Shown here: positions 58,601 through 64,000 of the stretch, in pieces | Layout: each line of letters opens with the position of its first letter | Numbering within the stretch: position 1 is the stretch's first letter | Source: Auanema rhodensis | Taxonomy: Eukaryota > Animalia > Nematoda | Assembly (NCBI GenBank): GCA_964057225.1 | Contig: CAXKVF010000081.1 | Span: 124,001 to 188,000 of the forward strand | Reading direction: 5' to 3' | Length of the DNA: 64,000 nt | Translations under genes and position numbers: made by a program | The notes under the pieces: generated by a model | Told to the model about the DNA's origin: nothing | What the model saw: only the letters and a program-made list of their open reading frames with translations | The model's database searches: none

Positions 58601-61600
58601 ACCAAGTGCACATCACGTGTACATTTAATTAGCATAAATTAAAGTTCACGTAAATTTCAAAGTCATGGTTACCATGAAGCAATATCAATAAAAATTTGTT
58701 TTTAGACTAATATGGACATGGGGAATCTAATCTTGAAAACCGCATCTCTTTATCTTTCACGTGAAGCGAGTTACATACCAAGTGCACATCACGTGTACAT
58801 TTAATTAGCATAAATTAAAGTTCACGTAAATTTCAAAGTCATGGTTACCATGAACCAATATCAATAAAAATTTGTTTTTAGACTAATATCGACATGGGGA
58901 ATCTAATTTTGAAAACCGCATCTCTTTATCTTTCACGTGAAGCGAGTTACATACCAAGTGCACATCACGTGTACATTTAATTAGCATAAATTAAAGTTCA
59001 CGTAAATTTCAAAGTCATGGTTACCATGCACCAATATCAATAAAAATTTGTTTTTAGACTAATATGGACATGGGGAATCTAATTTTGAAAACCGCATCTC
59101 TTTATCTTTCACGTGAAGCGAGTTACATACCAAGTGCACATCACGTGTACATTTAATTAGCATAAATTAAAGTTCACGTAAATTTCAAAGTCATGGTTAC
59201 CATGAACCAATATCAATAAAAATTTGTTTTTAGACTAATATGGACATGGGGAATCTAATTTTGAAAACCGCATCTCTTTATCTTTCACGTGAAGCGAGTT
59301 ACATACCAAGTGCACATCACGTGTACATTTAATTAGCATAAATTAAAGTTCACGTAAATTTCAAAGTCATGGTTACCATGAACCAATATCAATAAAAATT
59401 TGTTTTTAGACTAATATGGACATGGGGAATATAATTTTGAAAACCGCATCTCTTTATCTTTCACGTGAAGCGAGTTACATACCAAATGCACATCACGTGT
59501 ACATTTAATTAGCATAAATTAAAGTTCACGTAAACTTCAAAGTCATGGTTACCATGAACCAATATCAATAAAAATTTGTTTTTAGACTAATATGGACATA
59601 GGGAATCTAATTTTGAAAACCGCATCTCTTTATCTTTCACGTGAAGCGAGTTACATACCAAGTGCACATCACGTGTACATTTAATTAGCATAAATTAAAG
59701 TTCACGTAAACTTCAAAGTCATGGTTACCATGAAGCAATATCAATAAAAATTTGTTTTTAGACTAATATGGACATGGGGAATCTAATTTTGAAAACCGCA
59801 TCTCTTTATCTTTCACGTGAAGCGAGTTACATACCAAGTGCACATCACGTGTACATTTAATTAGCATAAATTAAAGTTCACGTAAATTTCAAAGTCATGG
59901 TTACCATGAAGCAATATCAATAAAAATTTGTTTTTAGACTAATATGGACATGGGGAATCTAATTTTGAAAACCGCATCTCTTTATCTTTCACGTGAAGCG
60001 AGTTACATACCAAGTGCACATCACGTGTACATTTAATTAGCATAAATTAAAGTTCACGTAAATTTCAAAGTCATGGTTACCATGCACCAATATCAATAAA
60101 AATTTGTTTTTAGACTAATATGGACATGGGGAATCTAGTTTTGAAAACCGCATCTCTTTATCTTTCACGTGAAGCGAGTTACATACCAAGTGCACATCAC
60201 GTGTACATTTAATTAGCATAAATTAAAGTTCACGTAAATTTCAAAGTCATGGTTACCATGAACCAATATCAATAAAAATTTGTTTTTAGACTAATATGGA
60301 CATGGGGAATCTAATTTTGAAAACCGCATCTCTTTATCTTTCACGTGAAGCGAGTTACATACCAAGTGCACATCACGTGTACATTTAATTAGCATAAATT
60401 AAAGTTCACGTAAATTTCAAAGTCATGGTTACCATGAAGCAATATCAATAAAAATTTGTTTTTAGACTAATATGGACATGGGGAATCTAATTTTGAAAAC
60501 CGCATCTCTTTATCTTTCACGTGAAGCGAGTTACATACCAAGTGCACATCACGTGTACATTTAATTAGCATAAATTAAAGTTCACGTAAATTTCAAAGTC
60601 ATGGTTACCATGAACCCATATCAATAAAAATTTGTTTTTAGACTAATATGGACATGGGGAATCTAATTTTGAAAACCGCATCTCTTTATCTTTCACGTGA
60701 AGCGAGTTACATACCAAGTGCACATCACGTGTACATTTAATTAGCATAAATTAAAGTTCACGTAAATTTCAAAGTCATGGTTACCATGAAGCAATATCAA
60801 TAAAAATTTGTTTTTAGACTAATATGGACATGGGGAATCTAATTTTGAAAACCGCATCTCTTTATCTTTCACGTGGAGCGAGTTACATACCAAGTGCACA
60901 TCACGTGTACATTTAATTAGCATAAATTAAAGTTCACGTAAATTTCAAAGTCATGGTTACCATGAACCAATATCAATAAAAATTTGTTTTTAGACTAATA
61001 TGGACATGGGGAATCTAATTTTGAAAACCGCATCTCTTTATCTTTCACGTGAAGCGAGTTACATACCAAGTGCACATCACGTGTACATTTAATTAGCATA
61101 AATTAAAGTTCACGTAAATTTCAAAGTCATGGTTACCATGAACCAATATCAATAAAAATTTGTTTTTAGACTAATATGGACATGGGGAATCTAATTTTGA
61201 AAACCGCATCTCTTTATCTTTCACGTGAAGCGAGTTACATACCAAGTGCACATCACGTGTACATTCAATTAGCATAAATTAAAGTTCACGTAAATTTCAA
61301 AGTCATGGTTACCATGAAGCAATATCAATAAAAATTTGTTTTTAGACTAATATGGACATGGGGAATCTAATTTTGAAAACCGCATCTCTTTATCTTTCAC
61401 GTGAAGCGAGTTACATACCAAGTGCACATCACGTGTACATTTAATTAGCATAAATTTAAGTTCACGTAAATTTCAAAGTCATGGTTACCATGAACCAATA
61501 TCAATAAAAATTTGTTTTTAGACTAATATGGACATGGGGAATCTAATTTTGAAAACCGCATCTCTTTATCTTTCACGTGAAGCGAGTTACATACCAAGTG

Positions 61601-62479
61601 CACATCACGTGTACATTTAATTAGCATAAATTAAAGTTCACGTAAATTTCAAAGTCATGGTTACCATGAACCAATATCAATAAAAATTTGTTTTTAGACT
61701 AATATGGACATGAGGAATCTAATTTTGAAAACCGCATCTCTTTATCTTTCACGTGAAGCGAGTTACATACCAAGTGCACATCACGTGTACATTTAATTAG
61801 CATAAATTAAAGTTCACGTAAATTTCAAAGTCATGGTTACCATGCACCAATATCAATAAAAATTTGTTTTTAGACTAATATGGACATGGGGAATCTAATT
61901 TTGAAAACCGCATCTCTTTATCTTTCACGTGAAGCGAGTTACATACCAAGTGCACATCACGTGTACATTTAATTAGCATAAATTAAAGTTCACGTAAATT
62001 TCAAAGTCATGGTTACCATGAACCAATATCAATAAAAATTTGTTTTTAGACTAATATGGACATGAGGAATCTAATTTTGAAAACCGCATCTCTTTATCTT
62101 TCACGTGAAGCGAGTTACATACCAAGTGCACATCACGTGTACATTTAATTAGCATAAATTAAAGTTCACGTAAATTTCAAAGTCATGGTTACCATGAAGC
62201 AATATCAATAAAAATTTGTTTTTAGACTAATATGGACATGGGGAATCTAATTTTGAAAACCGCATCTCTTTATCTTTCACGTGAAGCGAGTTACATACCA
62301 AGTACACATCACGTGTACATTTAATTAGCATAAATTAAAGTTTACGTAAATTTCAAAGTCATGGTTACCATGCACCAATATCAATAAAAATTTGTTTTTA
62401 AACTAATATGGACATGGGGAATCTAATTTTGAAAACCGCATCTCTTTATCTTTCACGTGAAGCGAGTTACATACCAAGT

Positions 62480-64000
62480 GCACATCACGTGTACATTTAA
62501 TTAGCATAAATTTAAGTTCACGTAAATTTCAAAGTCATGGTTACCATGAACCAATATCAATAAAAATTTGTTTTTAGACTAATATGGACATGGGGAATCT
62601 AATTTTGAAAACCGCATCTCTTTATCTTTCACGTGAAGCGAGTTACATACCAAGTGCACATCACGTGTACATTTAATTAGCATAAATTAAAGTTCACGTA
62701 AATTTCAAAGTCATGGTTACCATGAACCAATATCAATAAAAATTTGTTTTTAGACTAATATGGACATGGGGAATCTAATTTTGAAAACCGCATCTCTTTA
62801 TCTTTCACGTGAAGCGAGTTACATACCAAGTGCACATCACGTGTACATTTAATTAGCATAAATTAAAGTTCACGTAAACTTCAAAGTCATGGTTACCATG
62901 CACCAATATCAATAAAAATTTGTTTTTAGACTAATATGGACATGGGGAATCTAATTTTGAAAACCGCATCTCTTTATCTTTCACGTGAAGCGAGTTACAT
63001 ACCAAGTGCACATCACGTGTACATTTAATTAGCATAAATTAAAGTTCACGTAAATTTCAAAGTCATGGTTACCATGAACCAATATCAATAAAAATTTGTT
63101 TTTAGACTAATATGGACATGGGGAATCTAATTTTGAAAACCGCATCTCTTTATCTTTCACGTGAAGCGAGTTACATACCAAGTGCACATCACGTGTACAT
63201 TTAATTAGCATAAATTAAAGTTCACGTAAATTTCAAAGTCATGGTTACCATGAAGCAATATCAATAAAAATTTGTTTTTAGACTAATATGGACATGGGGA
63301 ATCTAATTTTGAAAACCGCATCTCTTTATCTTTCACGTGAAGCGAGTTACATACCAAGTGCACATCACGTGTACATTTAATTAGCATAAATTAAAGTTCA
63401 CGTAAATTTCAAAGTCATGGTTACCATGAACCAATATCAATAAAAATTTGTTTTTAGACTAATATGGACATGGGGAATCTAATTTTGAAAACCGCATCTC
63501 TTTATCTTTCACGTGAAGCGAGTTACATACCAAGTGCACATCACGTGTACATTTAATTAGCATAAATTGAAGTTCACGTAAATTTCAAAGTCATGGTTAC
63601 CATGAACCAATATCAATAAAAATTTGTTTTTAGACTAATATGGACATGGAGAATCTAATTTTGAAAACTGCATCTCTTTATCTTTCACGTGAAGCGAGTT
63701 ACATACCAAGTGCACATCACGTGTACATTTAATTAGCATAAATTAAAGTTCACGTAAATTTCAAAGTCATGGTTACCATGAAGCAATATCAATAAAAATT
63801 TGTTTTTAGACTAATATGGACATGGGGAATCTAATTTTGAAAACCGCATCTCTTTATCTTTCACGTGAAGCGAGTTACATACCAAGTGCACATCACGTGT
63901 ACATTTAATTAGCATAAATTAAAGTTCACGTAAATTTCAAAGTCATGGTTACCATGAACCAATATCAATAAAAATTTGTTTTTAGACTAATATGGACATG
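62480..64000. repeat. Distant duplicate of block 50160-51680 (offset 12320 bp = 70 monomers)
   Basis: Both blocks show the order AAATTTA, A, AAACTTC+GCACC, A, GAAGC, A, TTGAAG+GGAGAAT+AACTGC, GAAGC, A. Confidence 0.88.

Larger units (their letters stand above)
1..64000. repeat. Tandem satellite DNA array, 176-bp monomer, ~363.6 head-to-tail copies (putative centromeric/pericentromeric satellite)
   Basis: GCACATCACGTG recurs at 1, 177, 353 ... 17425, then at exact multiples of 176 (17600 ... 63888) after a 1-bp deletion. Consensus: GCACATCACGTGTACATTTAATTAGCATAAATTAAAGTTCACGTAAATTTCAAAGTCATGGTTACCATG(A/C)A(C/G)CAATATCAATAAAAATTTGTTTTTAGACTAATATGGACATGGGGAATCTAATTTTGAAAACCGCATCTCTTTATCTTTCACGTGAAGCGAGTTACATACCAAGT (56/176 G+C). 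The array runs off both window ends. The repeat is seen directly; the centromeric role is inferred from the nucleosome-sized unit and high homogeneity. Confidence 0.99.

Noticed and set aside
1-64000. CRISPR array or other repeat-spacer system
   Set aside because: There are no unique spacers: the full 176 bp repeats. No cas or other genes are present.
1-64000. Embedded transposon, inversion or telomeric repeat
   Set aside because: Monomer phase is conserved from start to end apart from 1 bp, which leaves no room for insertions, and no strand switch was seen.
1-64000. Artefactual concatemer (rolling-circle or assembly loop)
   Set aside because: Variants are shared hierarchically in nested blocks rather than being identical or random, as expected of a real evolving array. 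Exact unit counts still need read validation.

Overview
The whole 64-kb window is one uninterrupted head-to-tail tandem array of a 176-bp, AT-rich (~32% GC) monomer. It holds 363 complete copies plus a 113-bp partial copy, all in one orientation. Copies usually differ from consensus at 0-3 sites, and the only length change I found is a 1-bp deletion near 17538. This looks like the young, homogenised interior of a eukaryotic satellite array, probably centromeric or pericentromeric; that assignment is inference and I cannot name the organism or family. I found no genes, transposons, RNA genes or CRISPR spacers, and the four 60-aa ORFs are by-products of one SNP that removes a minus-strand stop codon. 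The informative structure lies in two places. First, the monomer is dense in dyad symmetries and carries E-box motifs plus a CENP-B-box-like 17-mer. Second, diagnostic SNPs reveal a sharp haplotype boundary near 9 kb, nested higher-order repeats (2-, 3-, 4-, 5-, 8-, 12- and 15-mer offsets), a recurring ancestral pentamer and a ~10-12 kb macro-periodicity. All variant calls were made by eye and should be confirmed by alignment.
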